NCBI GenBank assembly: GCA_951406725.2
Contig: OX597816.1
Coordinates: 558,001 to 622,000, forward strand
Direction: 5' to 3'
Length of the DNA stretch: 64,000 bases
Origin: Octopus vulgaris
Taxonomy: Eukaryota
Part shown: in pieces, positions 15,150 through 28,419 of the stretch
Layout: each line of letters opens with the position of its first letter
Position numbering within the stretch: the first letter of the stretch is position 1
Position numbers and translations under genes: made by a program
The notes under the pieces: model-generated
Databases searched by the model: none
What the model was told of the DNA's origin: nothing
The model's input: the letters and a program-made list of their open reading frames with translations, nothing else

Positions 15150-15900
15150 CTGGCCTTTTTCGTCTATGTAGACGGTCAATTTAGCTTAGAGGTCACTTAA
15201 TCGAACATATCAGGGGCTCCCCTTCTTGCTGCTTCTTCCTATGATTGAAGCACAGCTTCTGTCATACAGCTTCTTGCCTACCAAGAGGCTGGCTCGGTGC
15301 TCTGCATTTCTCTTGTTTTCCTTTCGCTGCTGACACTTTTCAACTTGTTTGTCTCTGTAGCTGCTCTCCAGCAAAGCAGTTCCTTCCTTCACCACAGTCC
15401 TCCATGTTGTTCTCTCCTCAGCCCTCTCCTCCCAGCTGCTGACATCCACCTCACACTTGGACAAACTAGTTTTGCAAGTGTCCATCTACCTCAGTTTTGG
15501 TCTTCCCCTTGGTCTCTTGCTCTGGGCCAGTTCTCCATAGAGTAGTTGCTTTGGGATTCGATGGTCATCCATTCTCCTGACAGGCCCCAGTCACCTCAGT
15601 CTTCTCATACACAAGATAGCTGTCATGCTTTGAAGATTCGCCTGCACCAGCACTTCAACATTGGTGACCTTGTCATACCATGTTAGGTCTAAGACCTTGC
15701 GAAGGCATCTGAGATGGAAGATGCCAAGGCACCTTTCCTGTCTGCTGTACAAGGTCCATGTCTCAGATCCATAGAGGAGTGTGCTGCGAACACATGCTTC
15801 ATAAATCCTGATCTTTGTCTTGATGTCTAATCTCTTCTTCTTCCATACTCGCTTTGTCAGCCTTCCAAAAGTTGTTGCTGCCTTCCCTATCTTGATATTA

Positions 15901-15903
<3 letters not shown>
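15150..15903 (-). mobile_element. RTE-clade LINE (second family), 5'-truncated 3' end
   Basis: ORFs 15591-15962 and 15210-15485: IGKAATTFGRLTKRVW..KTKIRIYEACVRSTLLYGSETWT..FHLRCLRK..RIPKQLLYGEL..RGRPKLR. Confidence 0.85.
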
Positions 15904-15940
<37 letters not shown>

Positions 15941-16194
15941 GATGATGATGATATATAAGCAAAGTAGCTAGTTCTTAGATCTCTATAAGAAATGTAAGTG
16001 GTAACAATATTGAAAAGTAATGTTTGTTGCCACTTCAACATGGCTGTTCCATACAGAACTATGTATTCTACCATTTTTTTAACCCCAAGAAGACATCTCC
16101 TCCAGTTGGTCAACAACACAACCTGTGTCCGATATATTGCAAACAGGGGAGCGAACCCCTACCATCTAGTGGTATATATATATATATATAGTGG

Positions 16195-16229
<35 letters not shown>

Positions 16230-16309
16230 CCTATTTAATACCCCTTTTTCCATACTGGCATGGATTGGGTGGTTTGATGAGAACAGGTAAGGCAGAGGTG
16301 GAAGATGCA

Positions 16310-17215
16310 CAGGATCCATAAAAACTTTAGAAACTCGGGTAAACTGATTCTTTCAAATGCCCTGGCAGCTAATTAAGCAGTAGTAGATAATTTCTGCTGC
16401 CTCGGCAACAAAATTAGTAGTAGAAGAGGATGCATGGAGAGTGTGATAGCTAGAAGAAGAATGGGATGGAAGAAATTGAGAGAGCTGTCACTTCTTTTGG
16501 CCATGAAAGGTTTCTTTCTCTGAATGAAAGGAGAGTGTATGATGCATGTATACGGACAGCAGTTCTACATGGTAGTGAGATGTGGAACCAGAATGCAGAA
16601 GACATGCAAATATTAGAAAAGGATGACGCCAGCATGCTCTGATGGATGTGTAATGTAAATGTACATATTTGACAGAGTACTGCTGTTTTGAGAGGGAAGT
16701 GAGGCATAAGAGGAAGCAGCTGCTGTGTGCAAGAGAAAAGACTGTGCTAGTTTGGTCATGTGATGCGAATGGATGCTGACAGCTCAATGAAGAAGTGCCA
16801 ATCTCTCAAAGCAGATGGAACACGTGGAAGCGGGAAACCCAGGAAGACATAGGATGAAGTACTAAAGAACAACCTCAAGATGCTGAACCTTTCAGGTGAG
16901 ATGCCTGGTGCCTTGCTGTACTGCAGAAAACTCATACACTACAGCAGAAGTATGAAGACCAGTTCCTTTGATGGTGTTAAGCACCAGTGGTGGTGCCATG
17001 GGAAAGCAGCTGTGCAGTGTTACATAAAAGTGCCTGTGTGGTGCTACATAAAAGCACCCTGCATACTCAGTAAAGTGGTTGGCATAAGGAAGGGCATCCA
17101 GCTGTAGAAACCATGCCAAATGAGACTGGAGCCTGGTGCAGCCCCTCAGCTTGCCAGCTCTGATCAAATCAACCAACCCATGCCAGCATGGACAACGGAT
17201 GTTAAATGATGATGG
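16310..17215 (+). mobile_element. RTE LINE 3' fragment with (TGA)n tail
   Basis: Degenerate RVYDACIRTAVLHGSEMW...WFGHVMRMD, then the tail GGAAGGGCATCCAGCTGTAG...CATGGACAACGGATGTTAAATGATGATG shared with the 50445-52342 copy. Confidence 0.75.
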
Positions 17216-17375
17216 GGGTCTGGGAAGCCAGGAGGCTGCACCAGGCTCCAATCTGATCAGGCAGTGTTTCTACAGCTGGATGCCCATTTTAACACCAACC
17301 ACTCCGAAAGTGTAGTGGATGCTTTTTACGTGCCATCAGCACAGGGGGCTGGCAACGACCATGTTTGGATGGTGC

Positions 17376-17425
<50 letters not shown>

Positions 17426-17581
17426 AAATAGAAAGATGAATAATCTTGTAGTAGATTAATCAAAAGTTTAACCGATACCTTAGTAGCAAAAATCACAGCA
17501 GTAAAACAGCACGGTTGGAGGTACAACCATATGGTGTTGCAACCGTGCGTTGGTGCGGATAATTGAAATTAGAACATTATT

Positions 17582-17776
17582 GGTGAATTGAAGAAATGGA
17601 GCTGAACGCAGATTGAACAGAAATCGTTTTATTTCATTCTACACGTGTTTCGAAAGGCACAAATTACCAAAATCCGATGGAATAATGGGACCATATTGTG
17701 TCTTTCGAAACACGTGTAGAATGAAATAAAACGATTTCTGTTCAATCTGCGTTCAGCTCCATTTCTTCAATTCACC
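17582..17776. repeat. Near-perfect inverted repeat (81-bp arms, 33-nt spacer) in a (TA)n-bounded insert, probably a Penelope-like terminus
   Basis: 17582-17662 is the reverse complement of 17696-17776 with one mismatch (G-T). (TA)n tracts lie at about 17376-17421 and 17777-17800. Confidence 0.9.
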
Positions 17777-19538
17777 TATATATATATATATATATATATA
17801 TTGATATGTATATATGTGTGTAGTTGATCCAGAGCTGCTCTAGACATTACTTGGTCTTCACTAAAGGCATTTTTTAACCATTGCTATATTACAGAGAAAG
17901 ATTTTGTTGCTTTTTTCAAACCAAAGAAGTTTACCATCATTTGCCACAAGTCTGAAATACTAGTCTAGCCTCATGATGATGATGATGGTCATCATCATCT
18001 TCATCATTATTATTATAATCATCATGACTCGCACAGTTACCACGGTAACTGCCACTACCATCACCACTGCCACCGATATCATCTTTTCTCCACTGTATAT
18101 TCTGTACTAATAGTGGTTGGGAAAAATAGGAAGATATGAAGCCGGATGTTTTCCTGAAGCTATCCCATTTGTTATTATTATTAAAGACTAATGTTTAGTT
18201 ATCCTCCTCTTAAGTCACTTTTTACCCATAAAGAAAGAAGGAGAGAAAGTGAGAGTAAGAAAGAGGGAGAACTTGCTTTAGAATTCTAAACTGAAAGTAA
18301 CTTGAAGCAAGACAAACTGCAGCCATTTGAAACTGGATGCAGCTTATTTCTCTCATCCTAATTCAGCTGTGCAATTAAAAGGGGTGGAGGGCCTGTAAGA
18401 CTATACTTTTTATGTTGGTGCAACTCTTTCAAACTAAAATGGTTTGGTGCTTTTGTTATGCCAAGCATACACATATGTTTAATTTATCATCAATGTAAAT
18501 ACATTTGTTACAGATTACTTTTCAGATTTGTTTCCATAAATTCTTGTTGCCATGGTTGTGTTTCAACAACAATTTTTTTTTTTGGCACTCAAACATAAAT
18601 AAAAACTTGATCTCTTTGTTAGATTTTTTTCCCCCCTTTTTGCATTATGGTAACCATTAGCAACAGGGTTTTGTAACTGATAGCAGAACTTTTAAGTGTA
18701 ATAAATAATAATACAGTATTAGATATTACATTACAAAATAAGTAACTAAACAGTATAAATGTTATTGTAACATCTAATAATATTTGTACTTACTGATTCG
18801 TTTATATTTTCCTTGTGGATTTTCAGTAAATGTTTATTTATCTGTTAAATTTATGATTAATTTTAAACATGATACATCTGAAAATCTTTTTTTTATCTTC
18901 TTTTATATACTGGATGGAAAGTTGTTTTCCTCAAAATGTTTCTCTCTGAATATGTGTGTGTCTGTGTGTAATTCTTTTATTCCTTTAATTTTTGACTTGC
19001 TTCAATCATTTGACTGTAGCCATGCTGGAGCATAGCCTTAAATAGTTTTAGTCAAAGGAATCAACCCCAGGACTCATTCATTGTAAGCCTAGGGCTTATA
19101 ATATTGTGCTTTTTCGCCAAACCGCTAAGTTATATCATTATCATTTTATGTCCGTTGTCGATGCTGGTATGGGTTGAACAGTTTGACCAGGTCTGGCAAG
19201 CTGAGAGGCTGCACAGACTCCAGTCTGTTTTGGTGTGGTATCTACGGCTGAATGCCCTTCCTAATGCCAACCACTCTGAGAGTGTAAGGAGTGTTTTTAC
19301 ATGCCACCGGCAATAAAACGCCCAAAATACCTGTTACATGGTAGCAGGGCATGCAAGAAATAGCAGACAAATCTTTCCTTTTCTGGGAAAAGGAGCCATT
19401 TACGTGTAATTTCAATGTCTCATTTGTTGAAAATATGCAAAATAACCTGGAAAAAAGAAATAATCCACAAAACTAAACTTCATTGCTGGAAAACTCAGAC
19501 TTTGCCAGTGACACAAGGGGTCACGGGTAGTCTAGGGC

Positions 19539-19578
<40 letters not shown>

Positions 19579-19584
19579 CTGTAA

Positions 19585-21095
19585 TCATCATCACTTAACG
19601 TCCCTTGTCCATGCAGGCATGGTTTGGATAGTTTGATTGGGCTGGCATGCTGAAAGGCTGCACCAGACTCCATTCTGATTTGGCGTAGTTTTCTACAGCT
19701 GGATGCCCTTCCTAATGTCAACCACTCTGAGAGTGTAATGGGTGCCTTTACGTGCCACCGGCATGGGTGCCATTTGCGTGACACTGGGGTGCTTTTACGT
19801 GCCAATTTGCATGACATTGGTATTGCCATGGCAGCAATTTTGCTCAGCTTGATGAGTTTTCTTCTCAAGCATGACATAATGCCAAAGATCTTGGTCATTG
19901 CCTCCATGAGGCCTAACACTTGAAAGGAACTCAACCATTTTGCCTCCGAGAGGCCCAACACTCGAAAGAAACTCAGCCATTTTGCCTCAGTGAGGCCCAA
20001 CATTCAGAAGATGTACTTTACGTGCCACCAGCATGGGTGCACTTGGTTTGACAAGTCCTCTGAAGCACGGTACATTGCCAAAAGTCTTGGTCACCAGTCA
20101 TTGGTTCTGTGGAGCTCAAAGTTTGAAGATCATGCTTCACCACCTCGTCCCATGCCTCTTTGGGTCTACCTCTACCACAGGATCCCTCCACAGTTAGAGA
20201 TTGGCTCTTCTTTACACAGCTGTTCTCATCCATGCACATTACATGACCTTACCGGCACAATCATCTTTCTTGTACACCACATCTGATTCCACTTACACCT
20301 AACTTTGCTCTCAAAATGCTTATGCTCTGTCAAACATGCACATTGACATTGCATATCCATACTGGCTTGATTTCTCTTAAGCCTACGCATGCCATTGGCT
20401 GTCACAGCCCATGTTTCACTGCCTTGTAGCATGGCTGTTCACGCACAACCATCAAAAAGTTTGCCTTTCATTCTGAGAGAGGTCCTTTGTTGCTAGCAGG
20501 GTAGGAGCTCTCGGAACTTTTCCCAGCCTTATTCTCAGAGCTACACTCTCAAAGTACCTCCACTACTAATCTGATCACCCAGATACCGGAAACTATCTAC
20601 TACCTCTAGCTTGCCCCACTGGCAGTTGATGGAGTCTATTTTATGCACATGTCCAGCATTTATGATGCCCGTGCACCTTCCACATACAAAGGTTAGTTTT
20701 TCTGTTCACCTCCCTCTAATGTTGCTGCAACTTTTGTGTGTCCAAAGCTTACACTGGGTGCATCTTATGGAGTTATGACCTACACCTTTTCTATAGATTG
20801 AGAACGACCATCTACCTGAGGGGATTTGTGATTTGTCTGCCTTCTTATTTACTATGACTTTGGTTTTTGCTATGTTAACTCTAAGGCCCTTTCATTCTAG
20901 ACTTTGCTTCCATACCTGGAACTTCTCTAGTTCAGGTAGTAATTCAGCTATGAGAGGAATGTCATCAGCATAGAGGAGCTCCCAGGGGCAGCATGTTTTC
21001 TGTTATTACCAGCAGGTCCTCTGTTATTGCCTGGAGGACTGTGATAAACAAGAATTCATTGCTGTATGCATTGTCCACCCTCACCTTACTGATGA
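19585..21095 (-). mobile_element. Compound RTE LINE fragments (RT C-terminal half plus 3' UTRs) including a 42-bp tandem repeat
   Basis: CPWELLYADD, GLRVNIAKTKV and LQGSETWAVTA motifs. The tail reads CATCATCA..TTAACGTCC on +. A 42-bp unit recurs at 19900, 19942 and 19984. Confidence 0.8.
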
Positions 21096-21429
21096 CAGTA
21101 CCGCCTGATTGGTACCCGTGCCAGTGGAATGTTAAAAGCACATCCGAGTGTGATCATTGCTAGGGCCACGGAGTGGCTCCCATGCCTGTGACATGTGAAA
21201 AGCACCATTCAAACGTGATTGTTACCAGTGTCACCTTACTGGCACGTGAAAAACATTCGAGTGAGGTCATTGCCAGTGGCAAATAAGCAGGGGTGAATAT
21301 CTATATAGATATTATTGGCACTTTCTGGACTCACTTCGCCATTAGTATTTATGTTTTCATCATCCAAATAATTGGATGATTTAGTGATTCGCTAATGTGC
21401 ATATATAAAATTAATATAAACAGCAGTTT

Positions 21430-21957
21430 GCAATGTTTCACCAGATGGACAAGTAGAGCATTTTGTTGACACTTTCAAAAGGACATTGAAAAAGGTGAAT
21501 AGTGATGTGATGGATGATTTTTGCACTTCAACAATTTCTAAGTGTGTACCAAGTAACACCTAATCCAAATACACAGTCAGGAATGTCACCTACAGAATTG
21601 ATGTTTGCTAGAAAGATCAGATCTGTTTTTGATAAGTTTATACCTAGTGAAAATATAAAAAAGTCAAACAACAAAAGTACTTCAAAATTCTTCAAGGTAG
21701 GTGAAGCTGTAATTATTAAACAAATAATGATATTCCTAGTGAAAGGAAAAAATGTCAAACAGAAAAGACATATTAACCAACTTAAAAAAGATCCACGGAA
21801 AAAACAGTCACAAGAAATGAAATCCCCATGGAAGTGTTGTACAACACGTTTGAGGTACCAAACCCTAAGTGTAAGAGATTTTAAAACTCAGAGCAGAGTT
21901 CAATTCTCAAAAGTGAGATGATAGGGTTAGGGGAGATTGATTCTAAAAAGGGGAGAT
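21430..21957 (+). mobile_element. Ty3/Gypsy LTR retrotransposon integrase C-terminal fragment with polypurine tract
   Basis: DGQVEHFVDTFKRTLKK, then FLSVYQVTPNPNTQSGMSPTELMFARKIRSVFD (integrase G..ER / Y..TP...SPAEL.F.R pattern). PPT AAAAAGGGGAGA ends at about 21957. Confidence 0.75.
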
Positions 21958-22034
21958 ATGATTAAAGCTGGACTGATTCATTGTTATAAATTAAAGAACT
22001 CTGATTGATAGTTCGGCTTGATAAGCAGTTCACT

Positions 22035-22225
22035 TTCTTTCTTATATTTGTTTCAGTCATATGATTGTGGCCATGCTGGGGCACTACCTTTAGTCAAACA
22101 AATCAACCCCAGGACTTATTCTTTGTTAGCATAGTACTTATTCCATCTCTCTGTTTTGCTGAACCACTAGGGTACAGGGACACAAACACACCAACATCAG
22201 TTGTCAAGCGATGGTGGAGAGACAA

Positions 22226-22258
<33 letters not shown>

Positions 22259-22475
22259 CACACACATACATATACACGCACACACATATATATATATACA
22301 CACTCACATATATATACACTATGAGCTTCTTTCAGTTTCTGTCTACTAAATCCAGTCACAAGATTTGGTCAATCTGAGGCTATAGAAAAAGACACTTGCC
22401 CAAGGTGCCATGCAGTGGGACTGAACCCAGAACTATGTGGTTGGGAAGCACGCTTCTTACCACACAGCCACTGCT
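22035..22475 (-). mobile_element. tRNA-derived SINE family A, full length with internal microsatellite
   Basis: Reverse-complement homolog of 56446-56850, with A-box TGGCTGTGTGG, B-box GGTTCAGTCCC and a central (TA)/(TG) tract. Confidence 0.8.
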
Positions 22476-25373
22476 GCACTGTAAGCCGTTAATATAGAGC
22501 ATTGAGTCTCGTGTAATAGTAAAAGTAAAGCATCATCTAAATACTTTCTTTCCCCCTTGCTTCTTTAAATTATCCAATACAAGGATATAAAATAATATCA
22601 GAAAGAAAGTGTGGAAAAAAAACTCAAAATTATGAAAAACAAAACTTGCTACAATTTTATGCAGAATATCCTTCACAATTTAACTTCGATATTTATGCTA
22701 CAAAGAAAATGCATTTCCAAACATGCACACTAACACACACATACACAAATGCATGCACAGATACATACACACACAAACATATGCATGTACATTTGTTCAT
22801 ATTCAGTCACATACACATATATCCTCATAAGCACACACAAACTGCTGTATAATTAAGATCACTTCAAAACAGGGAGTTTGTATCCTAAAATTAAGGGCAG
22901 TTTCAGTTGGTCATGTATCAGATAGAACTAAGAGAAGTGATGGATGAGTTGAAGAAATCTACTTTTCACACATTGATATTACCATCCAAAAAGATGTTCA
23001 CACTGTAAAGGAAATAAAGATTACAAAATGAAAATCTTTACTGGTCCTTCAAGCTTAATTATAGTATCTATCAACATTGTTGTGGTAATAAAGAATTTTC
23101 ACATCCACAACAATCTTGATGTTCAGTGAAAGGTGATGTTAACATCAAACAGAATACGTGTTATGCTGGAGAGAAACAATAACTGGCAGCGGTCTCAGAA
23201 CAAAAAATAAATATCTATCAAAGCAGCATTATGTTGTTTACAGAGGAGGCTTGCAGTTGGATGAGGCAGAGAAAAAAGTGCCTATTATGCAACTCTGGAA
23301 ATTCTGATATTTTGTAGGTCATCAGTTAGAAAAGGAAAATTTTGAGAATTAGCTAATGTTTCAGAGTGTGATACATTATTGTTTAAACTTTTAAATGAAG
23401 TACAATGGTTTCAAGACATTTTGCTATAACTATTCTTAAAAGAATTTATAATGCATGGCTGCTATATTGTGAAGAGGAAATGACTGCAAATAATCCAGTA
23501 TTGTTTCAAGATTCTGAATTGCACACAGAACTCTTGGTGAGGTTTTGAATGATTTGTCATCACTTTATAAATATCTACAGAAAATTTGTGCGAATCAATT
23601 AGAAGCATTGCACTGTTCCAAACTAGAAATAAGCACACCCTTTTGATACTAACCCACCTGAACACACTCCATTAATATGAAACAAACTGCCTGCTTTAAA
23701 GTGATCTTGACTAAAGCCTTGTTCCAAACAACAGCTTTACAATGACAATCTTGATAATACTAAAACTCTAGGGATGTTTGGATGTAACTGAAATATCTCA
23801 GAAATAGTATATTTTATCTTTATTTTTTTTACATATTTATTTTCATACCTTCGGCAGTGCAGTACAAATTTTTGTGACATTTGAACCTCTATTTAAATGA
23901 TTAAACACAATTTTTGTTATTTCTTGATGCAAAAAATACATGGCTTCCATGATGTCAACGTACACACATATAATGAATGTCATGGTGGGTCAATCAACAC
24001 AAAAACACATTCGCTATCTGTGACATATACACGCACATTGTCTTCATGCTCTCTATGTAAAAAAAAAAACTGTTGACTTTTTGATGTACACAATATTTAG
24101 AAATATTTTTAACTGAATGTCATTTCATCATCCGGAGTTCATTACTTTCTGTAAATTTTTTTTATTTATTTACTTTTGTTTTAAAGTGACAGAGGGGGGA
24201 AAGTGAAAGAGGTATGGGCGTGTGTGTGTGAAAGAGAGAGAGAAAAGGAGAGGCAGAGTGAGTGAAGGGTTGTGTTGTCATGTACATACATTAACACATA
24301 TGTGTACATCTTTTTTGTATGTACGTATGCATGTGTGCGTGAGTGAGTGAACGTGTGTTCTCATGTATGTGTAAGTGGCACACACTCTCTCTCTGACACA
24401 CATCCATTTCATATACATCTCTTTCACTTTAAAACAGGTGATTTTCAGGATAAAAATTGTTTAAAAAAAGCTTTGACTCATGTAAATTGATTACTTATTG
24501 TTTGGATAGTTCCAATTAAATAAGTCCAGAATTAGGTTAAATATATATATATAAATGCATAAGTACCGTGAATTCCCTTTCTACAAACTGGTAAACAATT
24601 CTGTGAATACTTTACTGGGCAAGTTTGGGTTGTAAGTCTAATTATTTTACAAAATGCTTTTTATTTTCAGAATTAATTGAAACAAAGCAGGCTCTTCCTG
24701 CAGGAATATGGTAACAAAAGGGTTAATGTAATATCTCAGTGACACTACTCACTAACATGAGAAAATAAAAGAACTTCTTACTTTTCATTCAGATGTGGAC
24801 TCTTGGTCAATTGCTAGCATGGGAAGCGGACGTTAAACGATGATGATGGTGATTGTAAATGTGTGCTTTCAATTAGATGAGAGTTCTCCAGATGATGAGC
24901 AAAAAGAAGGGGGTATCTTCACATCTCCATGATTTTGTAAATGCAAACAATTTTTTAATTTGGAGAGGACTGTGAGATAAAACATTAATGCAAAAGTTCT
25001 CTGCTGTTTTAAGAGAAATGAAAACATGGCTGTAAAAATATCCCAACAGTATTTGAAATAAAACTTATTATGTCTGAGAAAGTTCAGTCCTTTACCGGCA
25101 TCAAGTGTAACAGTAGATGTGGATTAAATCTTATAAATTCTATTAAAAGTTCAGGAACAGACTTTTAGTATCTTCTTTTAAATAATTTGATGAGAATTAA
25201 GGGTTACCATATTTTTTTCTTGATACGAACTAAATCTTTACAGAGAGTACAGTTTATTGTGTTACCACTAAAGACAGACAGGAGAAAATTTGTGATGCTT
25301 AAACTGATTTTTTTTTGTTATGATAAATTTAACTGTGGAACTAGTAAACCATAAGATTCATTACTCATTAGTA

Positions 25374-25700
25374 TCTCTCTATATATAAACGGCAAAATGT
25401 CTGCGTGTGTGTCCTTTATACAAATCCACAATTTTTCAGTTAGAGGGCTCACACTTTCTATGGTCATTCAAAACCGTCCAAGGGTGGTCATGCACATCTT
25501 TACATTTCCCCAGTCACCCCGCAAAGCCATTAAAAAATCAATAGAAGTGACTTTTTTGTGAATTTTCTATCCAAAACCCAATCAAAATGCCCGAAATTTG
25601 ATACGCCAATTGAATGCCAGCTAGCTGTATGTGATTGGTTGGAGATTTGGACAGTACTCGCGTGTATGTGCGCACACACATTGCTGGGTCATAGTGCTAG
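25374..25700 (+). mobile_element. Non-autonomous Helitron-like element
   Basis: 5' end A|TCTCTCTATATATAAA and 3' end GGGTCATAGTGCTAG|T: TC...CTAG termini inserted between A and T with no TSD. The subterminal hairpin is incomplete. Confidence 0.6.
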
Positions 25701-25882
25701 TTTAGAATAAAAGCAGAAAAGTATAAATTTCACATATAGTTCATACTTAGTGTTCAACAGCTGTTACATTAGGATAAGCATCATTAAATGTATAATTCTT
25801 CAATTGAGATACATTATTAATTAATTTAAAATCTAATATTGTTTATCTTTTGAAACAGCTGCTGAATACTAAATATGAACTA

Positions 25883-27075
25883 CAAGTTGGTATCAAAAAG
25901 TTCCCAGACTAGTTATGTTTAATAAAAAAATAACTTATTTACTTAAGTTTTAACATCATCTCCTTTAAAATAGTCACCTTGCACAGCAATACCCCAGTTC
26001 CAGCATTCCTGGCACTTTTGGAATCTGGGCTGGAAGTCATTTTCCATAAGCAAGTCAGGGATCTTCTGCAATTTGCTCCCGATCTTGACTATGATGTTAA
26101 AACAGCAACCTTTGAGTTATCTTTTCATCTTGGGGAAGAGATGGAAGTCCACAGGTGCTAAATCTGATGAATAGAGTGGGTGCATAAGCAATACCATGTT
26201 GCTTTTGGCAAGAAACTCATGAGTGACAGGGTTCATTGTTGTTGTGAAGGATCCAATTCTTTGGGCTCCACAGATCGCTTTCGCTGAATGTCATCCCCCA
26301 AATGCTTTAAAGTATCACAAAACAACTTTCAATTGACGGTCTGGCCCTGGCAGATGAATTCTTGATGCACACCACTGTAGATGTTGAAAAAATGGTGAGC
26401 ATGCACTTGACTGGGTTGTGGCTCTGTCATGCCTTCTTCAGTCATTGTGATCACTGCTGCTTCATTTCAAGGTCATACTTGTAGACTCAACTCTCATCAC
26501 CAGTGATGATCCTCAACATGAAGCATGCTGATGGAAAACCTTGACAAATTTCAATGTGATGTTCTTTCTTCTCAATGGTCAGCAGGCAGGGGACAAACAT
26601 GTTCAGTTCAGATGTTGGGATTGCCTGCATGGACCCATACAACAGACCAACAACATCAGTAATGTTGTTGATTCTCCTCCAATGATCCTCGTTCACAAGC
26701 TGAGGAATTTTCTCCATGTTTCTCGGGCTGACATTCATGGCAGGTCTTCCAGATTTATCATCGTCTTCCCGGGATGTTCTTCCACTTTTGAAGTGCAAAT
26801 ACCACTTGAAGCATTGCATACAACCTATTGCCAAAACATGCTCAATGTCTCTGTAGCAGACTTCCTAAGTTTAATGCAAAATTTCACATTCGCTCTTTGC
26901 TCCAGCTTCCTATCCATAACAAAATCGCAGACTACAGCAAGCATGTCATCACAAAAACCCAAATTTCACAACTTGCAAAGTAAACACAATGACATCGCTT
27001 AACACACTGCCTCATGAATGCTCTCACTGTGCACACAACTGGGTGCTGCCATCTATTGGCATACTACAGAACTTG
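25883..27075 (-). mobile_element. mariner (DD34D-type) transposon, degenerate
   Basis: ORF 26487-26834: CFKWYLHFKSGRTSREDDDKSGRP...FVPCLLT...IITGDES. C-terminal GDYFKGD-like end; TA plus TIR-like CAAGTTGGTATCAAAAAGTTCCC at 25883. Confidence 0.8.
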
Positions 27076-27715
27076 TTATCAATTGGGCTCTGAATTACCA
27101 TAGATTTATGTTCTGATGCTTATACATCAATTCTTTTGTGGTTATTTATCAGTTTTAAATCCCTCTTCATTTTGTTGTATGAACGACAGTAATCTTCCTT
27201 CTAGAACTAGTTGTTTGGTAAATTTTTCATGATTTGTCATTTACTGTATATTTATGTCAAATACTGAATTTATTGATCATACTGGTTCTTCAGAAACACA
27301 TTGCTTTAGGTTGCATAAGTTTTAATTCTGCCAGTCTCTGTATTACCTACAACAGTAAGCTATTTAATCATTCAGTTTGTGTTCATCATCATCATTTAAT
27401 GTCTGTGAATCCATGCTGCATCAGACTCCAGGCTGATTTGGCATGGTTTTCTATGGCTGGATGCCCTTTCTGATGCCAACCACTCCAAGAGTGTAATGGG
27501 TGCTTTTTACATGTCACCGGCACGGGTGCCATTTGCATGACACAGCATGGTGCCACCAGAATGGGTACCAATTTCCGTGAAACTGATATCTGCCACAACT
27601 TGCTCGGTTTGATGGTCTTCTTTCCAAGCACAACATAATGCCAAAGGTCTTGGTCATTGCCTCCCAAGAGGCCCAACACTCAAAAGGAACTCAGCCACTT
27701 TGCCTCCAGTTTTGT

Positions 27716-27941
27716 TTAATACTTTTGTTACCATATTTCTGTTGAGATACTCTGATTTTATTTCAGTTAGTTTTATAAATAATGTAGAATTTAGTAAAGT
27801 AAATTTGTCATTATTAAGCTAGTGTTTGGAACATAAATTAACTTGAAATTTTGATGGGAAACGATTTTGAATTAGATCCCTTTAAAACAGGAAGCTTGTC
27901 TCAGAACCAAGAGTGGTCTCAGGTGATGTCAAAAGGGTTAA
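27716..27941 (+). mobile_element. About 225-bp TTAA-flanked MITE (piggyBac-like ends); more copies at ~23635-23815(-), ~24660-24726(-), 35884-36102(+), 36103-36223(-), 55688-56203, 61859-62098, 62168-62290
   Basis: Copies begin TTAA(CCC)TTT.GTTACCATATTTCTGTTGA and end CAAAAGGGTTAA, sharing the body ...GTGTTTGGAACATAAATTAA...AGATCACTTTAAA.CAGGAAG. Confidence 0.65.
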
Positions 27942-28419
27942 AAATATTGTATTATTGGTTAAGACAGCTATTGGGAAAATACATGTTAAAATGGTGCAGA
28001 TTTATGTTTCCAGTTTATTATAAATTTTAATAACATACTCAACAGGGAAGCACTTTATATTTAAAATATGTGTTAGTAAAGATGTATGAAAGTTTGAATG
28101 CCTTGTTGTAGGTTTATGTTGGAAATATTTTTGCTCAGAACATCAAAAATTTCACTCAGTGGCTGGTAAAAACTAGAAGGATTGTTGGTATATACATACA
28201 TACATATATATAGTTGCATACTGGGATCGATCTAATTGACTGACCCCTTCCCCAAAATTTCAGGCCTAGAGTAGAAAAGAATATATATAATATTTAATAA
28301 TAGTTTAATAAAAAATAAAGTAAAATGTACGGTTGCTCACCAATAATGAATGATATTGATTTGAGATGATGATGATTATGAAAATAATGAAAGTAATGAC
28401 TGCACAGCAAAGAAGAATT

